This document shows, piece after piece, positions 39,964 through 50,040 of a stretch of 64,000 nucleotides of DNA. Below the pieces are notes generated by a model. That model had not been told where the DNA came from and did no database searches. It worked only from the letters and a program-made list of their open reading frames with translations. The position numbers were made by a program, and so were the translations under genes. The stretch's first letter is position 1. Every line of letters starts with the position of its first letter. The DNA comes from a candidate division WOR-3 bacterium (GTDB lineage Bacteria; Hydrothermota; Tepidihabitantia; SM23-42; JAOAFX01), in NCBI GenBank assembly GCA_039802265.1, contig JBDRWI010000002.1, positions 6,430 through 70,429 of the forward strand, in the 5' to 3' direction.

Positions 39964-40836
39964 TTAACCGACCTGAATTCTTTTTATATCGTTGGTGATT
40001 GCCTCTTTTAAAGATTTGTCATCGGGAAATTCTTTGATTGCCCTGAGCCGTCTTAAAAACTTTACCGTTACCTTTTGGTCATAAAGATTTCCCGAAAAAT
40101 CTATAATATATACTTCAATTGTGCGATGAGATAGAAACATCGCACCCTTATAGCCTTTATTATCAATATCTAATTTAACCTCATAGACTCCATCAAGTGG
40201 CAACAATTTCTCTCTATCCACACTTATATTAATCGTCGGAAAGCCCAGTTTTCTTCCCTTACCTTTACCCTTTATTATACAACCGGTTATGGAATATTCC
40301 CTGCCCAAAAGACGGTTTGCTGATGGGATATGTCCCAAAAGTAATAATTCTCTAATCCGCGTGCTTGATATTATTCCATTGGCGTCCTTTATCGTAGGGA
40401 CAATTTCAACAGCAAATCTTCTCCTTGCGAGTTCCTTTAGCATATGTACATCACCAGTTCGGTCCTTTCCGAAATGAAAATTTTCTCCTACCACCACAAT
40501 ATCTGGTTTTATGTCCCTTGCCAGTAAATCAACAAATTCCTCGGGAGAGATAAGGGAGAAATTTTCATCAAATTTGAAATAATAGATAAAGTCTATGCCC
40601 AATGATTTTATAATCTCTTCTTTTTCCTCTTTTGTGGTCAGAAAAATAATTTCGTTGTGTGTTAGAACCGAAACCGGTGGTGGATGGAATGTGATTATTC
40701 CAATTCTCTTCATTACCTGCATGTCTTTCAACCTTTTGATAATCTCCTGGTGTCCTTTATGGATTCCATCAAAGTTGCCAAGGGTGCAGACTGAGTTATG
40801 AGTAAATGAATCGGGCTGGTTATAGAAGATCTTCAT
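39964..40836 (-). CDS. ribF: Bifunctional riboflavin kinase / FMN adenylyltransferase.
   Basis: 'LGNFDGIHKGHQ' nucleotidyltransferase motif. C-terminal riboflavin-kinase domain with 'GFPTINI'. Confidence 0.9.
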   Translation of the reverse strand: MKIFYNQPDSFTHNSVCTLGNFDGIHKGHQEIIKRLKDMQVMKRIGIITFHPPPVSVLTHNEIIFLTTKEEKEEIIKSLGIDFIYYFKFDENFSLISPEEFVDLLARDIKPDIVVVGENFHFGKDRTGDVHMLKELARRRFAVEIVPTIKDANGIISSTRIRELLLLGHIPSANRLLGREYSITGCIIKGKGKGRKLGFPTINISVDREKLLPLDGVYEVKLDIDNKGYKGAMFLSHRTIEVYIIDFSGNLYDQKVTVKFLRRLRAIKEFPDDKSLKEAITNDIKRIQVG

Positions 40837-40839
40837 TAT

Positions 40840-41844
40840 CTAAATTTTACCTTTTATTTGTTTGGTAAGTTCTTTTGTGATTTTCTTTCTAATTGCATCC
40901 ATTTTCTCTCTGGTCTTAATGCCGGCAGCAAGCCGGTGTCCTCCACCATTGAATCTTTGTGCTAACTTATTTACATCAATAATTCCATCGCTCCGGAGGC
41001 TTACTCTGGTTCCATTCTCTTCTTCGCGGAAAAAGACCGAGACCCTGACATTATCTATTGCCTGCAGAAACGATATGAAATTTTCTGATTCACCGATGTT
41101 TGTATTATACTTTTGGAGCATTTTCCGGGTAAGATACATTATTCCAATACCGTTTTTAATTCTGATCGTTTTTAGGACATCGCTTAATAACAATGTTCCA
41201 GCCAGTGTCTTTCGGTTCAATCTTTTTACCAGTTGGGAAGGATTTATCTTGAGTTCCAGCAAATCGGCACAGATACGCAAAGCTGCGGCGGTGGTATTGG
41301 GATAGATAAATCCACCAGTTTCGTTATAGATACCACTATAAAATAGCTCAGCAAGACTTTTGTCGATTTTCAGGTTCAATCTTTTAAAGATATTGTACAG
41401 AACTTCACAGGTTGAGGAGGCATTTTCATCAATTATGGAAATATCCCCATATTCTTCGTTACTCCGATGATGGTCAATGTTTACAATAGTCCTTTTTGAA
41501 ATTTCGGGCATACTTTTCAGCATTTCCTCCGGGAAGATTCTCTTTATATCGGCTGAATCAACAGCAATGAGTAGATCAAAATCAGCAATTTTTTTAATAA
41601 ATCTCGAGTCTTTTAAAAGAAAATTATACTTATCTAAAATTGGTGATGAACAGAAAAGGGCCGGCTCTTTGTTTGTATAATGTCCGACCAATCGAGCGAC
41701 AATCAGTGCCGAGCAGATTCCATCACAATCTGGGTCAAGGTGCGTTCCAATTACAATCCGTTTACTTCTTTTTATTATCTTTATTAGTTTCTTCAATAAG
41801 GCGGTCAATTCTTTCTCCATACTCAAAACTATCATCAAAGGCAA
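40840..41844 (-). CDS. nrnA: DHH/DHHA1 phosphoesterase (NrnA-like nanoRNase/pAp phosphatase). The true start is probably at MEKELTALL (41820).
   Basis: DHH motifs 'GTHLDPDCDGICS' and 'DHH' (IDHHRS). DHHA1 'GGGHRLAAG'. Confidence 0.8.
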   Translation of the reverse strand: MPLMIVLSMEKELTALLKKLIKIIKRSKRIVIGTHLDPDCDGICSALIVARLVGHYTNKEPALFCSSPILDKYNFLLKDSRFIKKIADFDLLIAVDSADIKRIFPEEMLKSMPEISKRTIVNIDHHRSNEEYGDISIIDENASSTCEVLYNIFKRLNLKIDKSLAELFYSGIYNETGGFIYPNTTAAALRICADLLELKINPSQLVKRLNRKTLAGTLLLSDVLKTIRIKNGIGIMYLTRKMLQKYNTNIGESENFISFLQAIDNVRVSVFFREEENGTRVSLRSDGIIDVNKLAQRFNGGGHRLAAGIKTREKMDAIRKKITKELTKQIKGKI

Positions 41845-42100
41845 ATTTTAATTCGGGAATAAATTTAATCCTAATCCGATGGGCAAGGGTTGTTTTTATA
41901 AATCCCTTTGCACCCTGCAGAATTAGCAAGTCATTTTTTCTATCGCCAAGGGTCGTAAAATAGATTGTCGCCTCCTTCAAATCAGGGGTAACAAAAACCT
42001 TTGTTATGGTAACAAATCCCAGACGCGGGTCTTTTATCTCCTGACTGATGATAATTGATATTTCTTTGGCAATTAGTGAGGCAACGCGATCTGAGCGCAT
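41762..42100 (-). CDS. rbfA: Ribosome-binding factor A.
   Basis: 'RVASLIAKEISIIISQEIKDPRLGFVTITKVFVTPDLKEATIYF' is the canonical RbfA KH-like fold sequence. Confidence 0.9.
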   Translation of the reverse strand: MRSDRVASLIAKEISIIISQEIKDPRLGFVTITKVFVTPDLKEATIYFTTLGDRKNDLLILQGAKGFIKTTLAHRIRIKFIPELKFAFDDSFEYGERIDRLIEETNKDNKKK

Positions 42101-42143
42101 ATTTTATTAAATAAATAGAAACAATTAAATAATATTATTTTAT

Positions 42144-42455
42144 TCATAAAATCTGACACTCCGCATTTAATATTGTAACCGGATGGAAATGTTCAATATA
42201 TTTAATCAATGCCTTCATTGTAGTATCTACTACACTCTGTTTGTTGCTACAGGTTATGGTAGTTATTTGTGCCCGCTGCCAAAGGTCCAACTCCCCGTAT
42301 TCGCAGAGAGCAATGTTAAATCTATTTTTTAATTTTTCTTCAAGACTAACTATGACCCTTCTTTTTTCCTTTAAAGATTGGCAATTGTGGATATGAAGGT
42401 CAAACTTGCAGATGCCAACAAAAAATTTGTTATCTTTTTTAAGGTCGGGAAACAT
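42144..42455 (-). CDS. DUF503 (YlxP-like) protein, commonly found between infB and rbfA.
   Basis: 'VGICKFDLHIHNCQSLKEKRRVIVSL' matches the DUF503 core. Confidence 0.65.
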   Translation of the reverse strand: MFPDLKKDNKFFVGICKFDLHIHNCQSLKEKRRVIVSLEEKLKNRFNIALCEYGELDLWQRAQITTITCSNKQSVVDTTMKALIKYIEHFHPVTILNAECQIL

Positions 42456-44556
42456 CTTCTTGTTGCTCGCTCTCTTCTTTTGCTGATTCTTCAACTTTGT
42501 AAAACTGGAGTATGTCCCCTTTTTCTAAATCGGTGATATTCTCAATTCCAATACCGCATTCATAGCCAGCGCTTACCTCACGGACATCTTCTTTAAAACG
42601 TTTTAATGAAATAACCCTTGAACGGTGTATTTCTTTGCCCCCCCTTAATTGCGAGACAATTGCGTTTCTTATAACCTTGCCGTCTTTTACATAACAACCG
42701 GCAATTATACCGACTTTGGGAATATTGTAGACCTCCCTCACCTCTGCCTCGCCGATAAGTATCTCCTGAATCTTCGGTTCAAGTAGACCAACCATCGCCA
42801 GACGCAGGTCATCAAGTGCCTCATAGATTAAACGATAGGTTCTTATCTCTACTCCTTCTCTTTCGGCTTTCTCCAGTGCATTTACATCCGGACCAACATG
42901 GAAGCCAACACATATTGAATCGGTAACTTCAGCAAGCAATACATCAGAGACACTTATTTTCCCTACCCCTTTGTGTACAATATTGATGCTCACATCTTCC
43001 ATAGAAAGCTCGCGCAATTTTTCATCAAGGACCTCTAATGAACCGGCAGTATCAGCCTTGAGTATTATCTTTAGTTCCTTTGTCTTGCCGGACTTTATCT
43101 GTTCCTGTAAATCAAGGAGTGTAACACGGGCGCGTTTTGTTCGCATCCGCCTGCTTCTTTCGAGAAGTTCTCTTTGATAGGCAAGTTCCCGTGCCTGCCT
43201 TTCATCATCAACCACAACAAATACCTCACCTGCCTCAGGGAGACTGTTGAATCCTAAAACCTGAACTGGAGTTGAGGGACCGGCCTCTTCAACTTTTTTT
43301 AGATTCTCATTGAGCAATTCCCTCACCCGTCCGAAATGTGCACCACAAACAAAAGGATCGCCCCGGCGCAAAATTCCTTCCTGAACAAGGACGGTACAAA
43401 CATTACCCCTCCCCGGATCGAGCTTTCCTTCAATAACTACGCCCTTTGCCTTTTTTCGTAAGGGTGCCCTTAGATTCAACTCTTCAGCCTTTACCAAAAT
43501 CGCATCAAGCAGGTCATTTATACCTATATTCTTTAACGCCGAGGTTTCAACGCAGATTGTTTTTCCCCCGAATTCTTCAACAATTACATTAACTTTGGCA
43601 AGTTGTGACTTAACTAAATTAACATTTGCCCGTGGCAAGTCAATCTTATTGATTGCAACAATTATGGGCAGATTGGCCGCACGAGCATGGTCTATTGCTT
43701 CAATTGTCTGTGGCATTACCCCGTCATCGGCAGCGACAACCAATACTACAATATCCGTTACCTGAGCACCTCTTGCCCTCATCGCCGTAAATGCCTCATG
43801 ACCAGGTGTATCTAAAAAGGTAATCAATTTATCCCGGTAAGAAATTTGATACGCTGCCATTTTCTGGGTAATCTTTCCGTATTCACTTTCGGCGACCCGC
43901 AGTTTTGTTATTGCATCTAAAAGGGTGGTCTTTCCATGGTCAACATGTCCCATTACGGTCACCACGGGTGGGCGAGTAATTGTCTCTGATGGTGTCTCTT
44001 CTTTTTTTGTCTGTTCTTCAATTGAAATCGGTTTTACGGCGCAGTTGAATTCATCACAGACGACCGTAATTGTATCAAGGTCAAGACGCTGATTGAGACT
44101 TGCCATGATTCCTAAATCCATACATTTTTTAATCACTTCACTCGGAGAAAGTTCAAGTGCCTGTGCCAGTTCAGCGACGGTCATAAATTCAAATACCTCA
44201 ATCACCTTTTCCTGAGGTTTTGTGGGCAATTTGGGCATTTCTTTTTTGGATTCATAATGTTTTTTTAATTCGCCTTTCTCAATCTTTGCCAGCGTTGACT
44301 TTACCGCCTGGCGTACTGCGGCTTCATCAATTTTTTGCTTTTTATCCTTTGCCTTTTCACCGGGTTTAAATTTGGTAACCTCTTTTTTTAACCTCCGTTT
44401 TTCTTCAGCAATTTTTGCCCTTATCTTTTTCACCTCTTCATCAGTTAGTGTTGACATATGCCCCTTTGCCTTAATACCAATTTCCTCAAGCATCTTTATC
44501 AGGGCAACACTGGATAGGCCTAAACTTTTTGCCAAATCATGAACCTTCTGGGGCAT
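42439..44556 (-). CDS. infB: Translation initiation factor IF-2.
   Basis: G-domain 'GHVDHGKTTLLD', 'DTPGHEAF' and 'NKID'. IF2 N-terminal 'MPQKVHDLAKSLGLSS'. Confidence 0.95.
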   Translation of the reverse strand: MPQKVHDLAKSLGLSSVALIKMLEEIGIKAKGHMSTLTDEEVKKIRAKIAEEKRRLKKEVTKFKPGEKAKDKKQKIDEAAVRQAVKSTLAKIEKGELKKHYESKKEMPKLPTKPQEKVIEVFEFMTVAELAQALELSPSEVIKKCMDLGIMASLNQRLDLDTITVVCDEFNCAVKPISIEEQTKKEETPSETITRPPVVTVMGHVDHGKTTLLDAITKLRVAESEYGKITQKMAAYQISYRDKLITFLDTPGHEAFTAMRARGAQVTDIVVLVVAADDGVMPQTIEAIDHARAANLPIIVAINKIDLPRANVNLVKSQLAKVNVIVEEFGGKTICVETSALKNIGINDLLDAILVKAEELNLRAPLRKKAKGVVIEGKLDPGRGNVCTVLVQEGILRRGDPFVCGAHFGRVRELLNENLKKVEEAGPSTPVQVLGFNSLPEAGEVFVVVDDERQARELAYQRELLERSRRMRTKRARVTLLDLQEQIKSGKTKELKIILKADTAGSLEVLDEKLRELSMEDVSINIVHKGVGKISVSDVLLAEVTDSICVGFHVGPDVNALEKAEREGVEIRTYRLIYEALDDLRLAMVGLLEPKIQEILIGEAEVREVYNIPKVGIIAGCYVKDGKVIRNAIVSQLRGGKEIHRSRVISLKRFKEDVREVSAGYECGIGIENITDLEKGDILQFYKVEESAKEESEQQEDVSRP

Positions 44557-45817
44557 TTTCTACCGGCTCCTCTTTTTCTTCCTTTGGTTTCAACTTAGCC
44601 AATAATTCGTCAACCCCTGCATCATCAAGGGATAATAACAACTTCAATTCATCAGGGGTGGCCTTAAGGACGCTTAAGACATTTGTATAACCCTTTTCAA
44701 TGAGTAACTTTTTTAGTTCCTTACTTAACCCTTCCACATTTTCGATCTTCGTTTCTGCAAGAATTTTCTCTTGAATCTCTTTTTCATATTCGGAGGCCTT
44801 CTTTATTTCAATATGAACCCCAGTGAGTCTTGAGGCGAGTTCAACATTTACCCCGTTTTTACCGATTGCTTTTGAATAGTCTTCATCAGGAACAACTGCA
44901 ATGATATTCCCTTCACTGACAACTACTACATCTTTTACTTTTGCGGGTGAAAGAGCACGCGAAACCAGTAGATTTAAATCCTTACTCCACTGAATAACAT
45001 CGATCTTTTCACCCGAAAGTTCCTTAACAATAGATTGAATCCGGCTCCCCCGGTATCCAACGCAAGCACCAACCGGGTCAATCTTGGGATCAATTGTCTG
45101 AACAGCCACCTTAGCCCTGACACCAGGGTTGCGCACGGTCTTAACAATCTGAATCAAACCTTCTTTTATCTCGGGAATTTCATAATAAAGTAGTCGCTCT
45201 AAAAATTTGGGGTCGGTTCTTGAGAGGATGATTCTTGGTCCCCATTGTGATCTTTCAACTGCGGCAACGACCGCCCGGATAGGCGAATCAAGGCGATAGT
45301 GCTCAGTGCTAATCAAGCCGTTTTTCGTTATCGTTGCCTCCACCGGACCAAGGTCAACAAGTACTTCATTCCGGCTGACTACTTTAATTATTCCCTTGAC
45401 AATCTCACCGAGTTTCTTTTCGTATTCACCCATTATTCTATTTCTTTCTGCCTCACTGATACGCTGGGTCAGTGCCTGTTTTACTGATTCAATTGCAGTT
45501 CGTCCGAGTTCCGAAATGGCAACCGGAATCCGAATTTCATCGCCGACTTTACATTCTTTCTTTGTAAGAGCCTCCTGTAAAGAAATTTCTTTATCCGGGT
45601 CTTTTACCTCTTCAACGACCTTTTTGATCAACGCTATTTTTATTTCACCAGTTGATTTATTAACCGAAACATCGGACTCGGTTCCTTTTCCGAATTTTTT
45701 CCTTACCCCGCTCTTGATTGCTTCAACAAGGGAATCTATGACATAATCATATTTTACACCCCGTGTTCGGGCGATTGTTTTAATACTCTCAATAATTAAA
45801 TTATCTTCGTTTGCCAT
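44537..45817 (-). CDS. nusA: Transcription termination/antitermination factor NusA.
   Basis: S1 and tandem KH domains. Conserved order with infB and rimP. Confidence 0.9.
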   Translation of the reverse strand: MANEDNLIIESIKTIARTRGVKYDYVIDSLVEAIKSGVRKKFGKGTESDVSVNKSTGEIKIALIKKVVEEVKDPDKEISLQEALTKKECKVGDEIRIPVAISELGRTAIESVKQALTQRISEAERNRIMGEYEKKLGEIVKGIIKVVSRNEVLVDLGPVEATITKNGLISTEHYRLDSPIRAVVAAVERSQWGPRIILSRTDPKFLERLLYYEIPEIKEGLIQIVKTVRNPGVRAKVAVQTIDPKIDPVGACVGYRGSRIQSIVKELSGEKIDVIQWSKDLNLLVSRALSPAKVKDVVVVSEGNIIAVVPDEDYSKAIGKNGVNVELASRLTGVHIEIKKASEYEKEIQEKILAETKIENVEGLSKELKKLLIEKGYTNVLSVLKATPDELKLLLSLDDAGVDELLAKLKPKEEKEEPVENAPEGS

Positions 45818-46259
45818 TATAAAATTCCTCCAGGGTCTTTGCCCTTAATATTTTGTGGTAGGGAATTAATACCTCACCGGATTTCAAAGCCAGAAGCACG
45901 CCGTCATTTCTTGCTTCTCTAATATGTCCGCAGACGCGGTTATCGCTTAAGACGACTTCAATAAATTTACCCAATGCCCACTTAAAGTGCTCAGGCCGGC
46001 TGAGAGGTCTTTCAATGCCCGGAGAAGAAACCTCCAGGGTATAGGGGAAGTCTATGAGATTGTTATTATCTAACTCCCGCGAAATTGCATTACTTACCGT
46101 TTCACAATCTTTAATTGTTACCGCGGAATCCTTTCGGTCAATAATGATGCGCAGTGTCTTTGAAACTTTATTAAACTGGATGTCATAGAGTCGTAGATTC
46201 ATATCACTCAGGATCAAGTTCACTTTTTCAGTTATCAAATCTAAATTCATTTCATCCAT
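45801..46259 (-). CDS. rimP: Ribosome maturation factor RimP.
   Basis: About 150 aa. 'LEVSSPGIERPL' motif. Positioned immediately upstream of nusA. Confidence 0.85.
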   Translation of the reverse strand: MDEMNLDLITEKVNLILSDMNLRLYDIQFNKVSKTLRIIIDRKDSAVTIKDCETVSNAISRELDNNNLIDFPYTLEVSSPGIERPLSRPEHFKWALGKFIEVVLSDNRVCGHIREARNDGVLLALKSGEVLIPYHKILRAKTLEEFYNGKRR

Positions 46260-47964
46260 TTATCCTCGCAAGTAAAGTCTCTTTTAATTTTATGCAGGTC
46301 TCCGCAACTGTCTCTTTTTTTATCTCAAATGTCTCACCCGTTTCTCGTAAATAGATATCAAACAGACCTTTCTTTAATCCTTTACTCCCAATAGTAAGGC
46401 GCATAGGAATACCTAAAAGGTCTGCGTCATTAAACTTTATACCGGCTGAATTATCCCGGTCATCAATGATAATTGAAAGATTATTTTTTGTCAAGGTCTC
46501 TATAATTTCTTGGGCAATCTGCCTTGTTTCAACAGGGTTGAGCAAAACGAGATAAATGTCATAAGGAGCAATTGAAATTGGCCACACTGCACCCCTCTCG
46601 TCCCCTTTCTGTTCAATTGCACAAGCCATAATTCGTTCAAGCCCAATGCCATAACTGCCCATTACTATCGGTCTTTCCTTTCCATTCACATCAGAAAAAT
46701 ATGCACCCATACTCACCGAATATTTTGTTCCCAATTTGAAGATATGGCCGAGTTCAAGACAATTCTCCAATCGCAATTGAGCACCACATTTAATACAACG
46801 GTCGGTTGTCTTTACCAGGCGGAGATTATAAAAATTATCTACCTTTATATCACGCTCCAAATTCAATCCTGAGATGTGAAAGTCATTTTCGTTTGCACCG
46901 GTGATCATTCCCTTTGTGCCTTTTAATAAATCATCAGCTATTATTACTACATCCTTTACGCCATAGGGACCAATATAACCCGGTTCAGCCCCAAAATATC
47001 TCTTTATTTCGTCGCTGGAGGCGGGTTGATATTCTCTACCAATTATCTTGCCGAGTGTCTCTATATTTATTTCATAATCACCCCTGATTAAAATGAGAAT
47101 CGGATTCTTACCCTGGGCAGTAAAGAACATACTCTTGACCAGTCGCTCTGCTGGAACATTTAGAAACTGGGTTACCTCCTCAACGGTTCTTATAGCCGGG
47201 GTTGGAATCTTTTCAATCACGGCATCAGGAAATGTTCGATAGTCTCCTGTTCCCTGTGCTACCGTAAGGTTTGCACGATAATCGCATTTTTCGCAAAGGA
47301 CAATCGTGTCTTCACCATTTTCAACCGGTGCCATAAATTCCTTTGACTCACCGGTTCCCATAAGCCCACCGGAGGCATCAACAATGATAAATTTCAAACC
47401 ACAACGTTTGAAAATTCTTGAGTACGCATCCTTATGTAAGTTAAAACTTTTATCAAGTCCTGCTTCGTCTACATCAAGGCTATAGGAGTCTTTCATGATA
47501 AACTGACGAGAGCGGATAACGCCAAACCTTGGTCTTGGTTCGTCCCGAAATTTAGTCTGGATTTGATACCAGATCTGGGGCAGGTCTCGATAGGAACGAA
47601 TCTTGGAGCGTGCAATCTGGGTGATAATCTCTTCATGGGTAGGGCAGAGGCAGTATTCGCGATTCTTCCTATCTTTCAGTCTAAACATATCCGCCCCAAA
47701 ATCGGTCCATCTACCTGATTCCTCCCAGACTTCTCTGGGCGAAATTGCCGGCATAAGCATTTCCTGTGCCCCGATACGGTCAAGTTCTTCCCTTATAATA
47801 TTGGCGATTTTTAATAAAATCCGCCAGCCAAGAGGAAGATAAGTATGGATTCCGGAGGCATGCTGCTTAATAAAACCGCCACGTAAAAGTATCCGGTGGC
47901 TTTTGCTCTCGGCATCCTTCGGGTCTTCCCTTAAGGTCTCAATCAGTGCCTTAGAAAATATCAT
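46252..47964 (-). CDS. proS: Prolyl-tRNA synthetase (bacterial type). The start is probably MIFSKALIETLRE at 47964; the ORF track extends to 48000.
   Basis: The N-terminus aligns with E. coli ProS ('LRGGFIKQHASGIHTYLPLGWRIL'). Class II motifs are present. Confidence 0.9.
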   Translation of the reverse strand: MIFSKALIETLREDPKDAESKSHRILLRGGFIKQHASGIHTYLPLGWRILLKIANIIREELDRIGAQEMLMPAISPREVWEESGRWTDFGADMFRLKDRKNREYCLCPTHEEIITQIARSKIRSYRDLPQIWYQIQTKFRDEPRPRFGVIRSRQFIMKDSYSLDVDEAGLDKSFNLHKDAYSRIFKRCGLKFIIVDASGGLMGTGESKEFMAPVENGEDTIVLCEKCDYRANLTVAQGTGDYRTFPDAVIEKIPTPAIRTVEEVTQFLNVPAERLVKSMFFTAQGKNPILILIRGDYEINIETLGKIIGREYQPASSDEIKRYFGAEPGYIGPYGVKDVVIIADDLLKGTKGMITGANENDFHISGLNLERDIKVDNFYNLRLVKTTDRCIKCGAQLRLENCLELGHIFKLGTKYSVSMGAYFSDVNGKERPIVMGSYGIGLERIMACAIEQKGDERGAVWPISIAPYDIYLVLLNPVETRQIAQEIIETLTKNNLSIIIDDRDNSAGIKFNDADLLGIPMRLTIGSKGLKKGLFDIYLRETGETFEIKKETVAETCIKLKETLLARING

Positions 47965-48334
47965 AACCATAAATATAACATAATTTTTCAAAAAAGTCAA
48001 CTAAAAAATTAATTTCCTGCCGTTTCAAAGTGAAAAATGTATCCTTCTCAAAATTGGGTGCATCAAACTACAGGATAATTGGTTTAAAAGTACCTGTAAA
48101 GGATTTTAGAGCAATTTTTTGTTTATGGGAAAAAAAGAGGGTTAGAAGAGATAATACCTTTACCTATGAGGGCAAGGACATCCTGTTGATCAGTGTGCTT
48201 ACAGGAAAAATGTAGATAAGTAATTGAATAGCATAAAGGTACATAATGTCTTGAAATTAAAGGACATTTTACCTTTGCAATAAAACCGCCGATTATGTTC
48301 ATTGACACTGTCCTTTTTTTGACTAAAATATGGA

Positions 48335-49417
48335 GTGTTTTTCTTATTGATTATTTCGGGACTTTCTCCGCAGAGTGTTGTTGCTAACGACCGACCGAAT
48401 GACGCCGGTGGTTGTGTTATAATAACATGGGATTCAGTCTCTGATACATCCATAGATGGCTATATAGTCTTAAGGCAGACACTTCCTGATACCACATTCA
48501 AAAGGGTTGGTTTCACGGGCAGGTTAAAGAATGAATTTGAGGATAATAGTGCGGTTGATTCAGAACGCTATGTTTACCGGATCGCTACCAAGAAAGGGGA
48601 GATGTACTATTATTCACCCCCAAGTAATGTCATTCATTCCTCACCACAATTCTTCCATACCGGCAGATTGAATACACTCATTGCGGTAATAATCTTTACC
48701 TTCCTTTTAGTCTATTTTGTCCGCCGGGCAAAGAAAGGAGAGAATCTTTTTATTAGAAAGATCAGTGGCATTGATGCAGTTGATGAGGCAATTGGCCGGG
48801 CTACAGAAATGGGAAGGCCAATTCTATATGTCCCCGGACTGGGCGATATTGATTTTCCTTCAACAATTGCCTCAATGAATATCCTTGGTGAGGTGGCAAA
48901 AAAGGTTGCAATGTATGATATCCCGCTCATTGCCGTGAATTGTTATCCTGTCGTCTTCACCGTTGCCCGTGAAATTGTCCATGAGGCATTCTTGAATCAG
49001 GGTAAGATTGAGAAATATAAAGACGACTATGTCCGTTATCTAACTGAATCTCAGTTTGGTTATGCCGGCGCGATAAATGGAATAATTCTAAGGGAACGCC
49101 CAGCCACCTGTTTCTTTATTGGACCATTCTTTGCTGAGTCATTGCTTATGGCCGAAACCGGCAATCAGATCGGTGCGGTTCAGATTGCTGGTACCGACCA
49201 GGTTCTCCAATTACCATTTTTTGTTACTGCCTGCGATTATACACTGCTCGGTGAAGAAGTCTATGCCGCCTCTGCCTACCTTTCACGGGAACCCATACTG
49301 TTAGGTTCATTAAAGGCACAGGATTTTGGGAAGTTTCTGGTATTGTTAATTCTTGTCTTTCTGACTGTTTTATCATTCTTTAATCTGAATCTTTTATCAT
49401 TTTTGAAGGTGGAATGA
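48335..49417 (+). CDS. Hypothetical membrane protein 'A': signal peptide, Fn3-like ectodomain, TM, about 230-aa cytoplasmic domain, and a C-terminal TM.
   Basis: GTG start. 'GGCVIITWDSV...GYIVLRQ...YVYRIAT' is Fn3-like. TMs 'LIAVIIFTFLLVYFV' and 'FLVLLILVFLTVLSFF'. No recognisable catalytic motif. Confidence 0.5.
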   Translation: MFFLLIISGLSPQSVVANDRPNDAGGCVIITWDSVSDTSIDGYIVLRQTLPDTTFKRVGFTGRLKNEFEDNSAVDSERYVYRIATKKGEMYYYSPPSNVIHSSPQFFHTGRLNTLIAVIIFTFLLVYFVRRAKKGENLFIRKISGIDAVDEAIGRATEMGRPILYVPGLGDIDFPSTIASMNILGEVAKKVAMYDIPLIAVNCYPVVFTVAREIVHEAFLNQGKIEKYKDDYVRYLTESQFGYAGAINGIILRERPATCFFIGPFFAESLLMAETGNQIGAVQIAGTDQVLQLPFFVTACDYTLLGEEVYAASAYLSREPILLGSLKAQDFGKFLVLLILVFLTVLSFFNLNLLSFLKVE

Positions 49418-50037
49418 AACAGCGTCTGCCGTTATTTATTTGCTTGGTTGTGGGACTATTGATGGTCATCCAGTTTTACATTCCCCACCCGGTCTCTGTT
49501 GGATTCAATAGTATTATAAACAAGTGGGTTGTTATTCTCTCCGCATTTGCCCTGGTCTTGGGGATCGGAAATTTGGTAAGTCATCATATTAGCAAAATCA
49601 AAAAGGCGAAAGCAGACCGATGGTATAGCCTGGTCACCCTTATAAGTATGACCCTGATGGCACTTGTGGGACTTGTCTTTGGAATCGGTCCGGATTCGCT
49701 TTATCAAAAAATCTTTCTTAATATTCTTACGCCCCTTGGTGCCACGATGTTTGCACTTTTAGCATATTATATGGCATCAGCGGCATACCGTGCATTCCGG
49801 GTCCGAAATATTGAGGCGAGCATATTATTGGCTTCGGCCTTTGTAGTGATGCTTGGTTTTATGCCCATCGGTCAGTTCCTCCATCCGTATTTCCCACAAG
49901 TTGCCGAGTGGATTATGCGCGTTCCCAATATGGCATCACAACGGGGTATCCTCTTTGGTGTCGCCTTCGGTTCAATTGCCACCGCATTGAAGATTATATT
50001 AGGTATTGAACGCTCTTGGTTGGGAAGCGGGAAATGA
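49414..50037 (+). CDS. Hypothetical polytopic membrane protein 'B' (about 5 TM, 207 aa).
   Basis: 4-nt overlap with A. Hydrophobic helices throughout. Confidence 0.5.
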   Translation: MKQRLPLFICLVVGLLMVIQFYIPHPVSVGFNSIINKWVVILSAFALVLGIGNLVSHHISKIKKAKADRWYSLVTLISMTLMALVGLVFGIGPDSLYQKIFLNILTPLGATMFALLAYYMASAAYRAFRVRNIEASILLASAFVVMLGFMPIGQFLHPYFPQVAEWIMRVPNMASQRGILFGVAFGSIATALKIILGIERSWLGSGK

Positions 50038-50040
50038 ACG

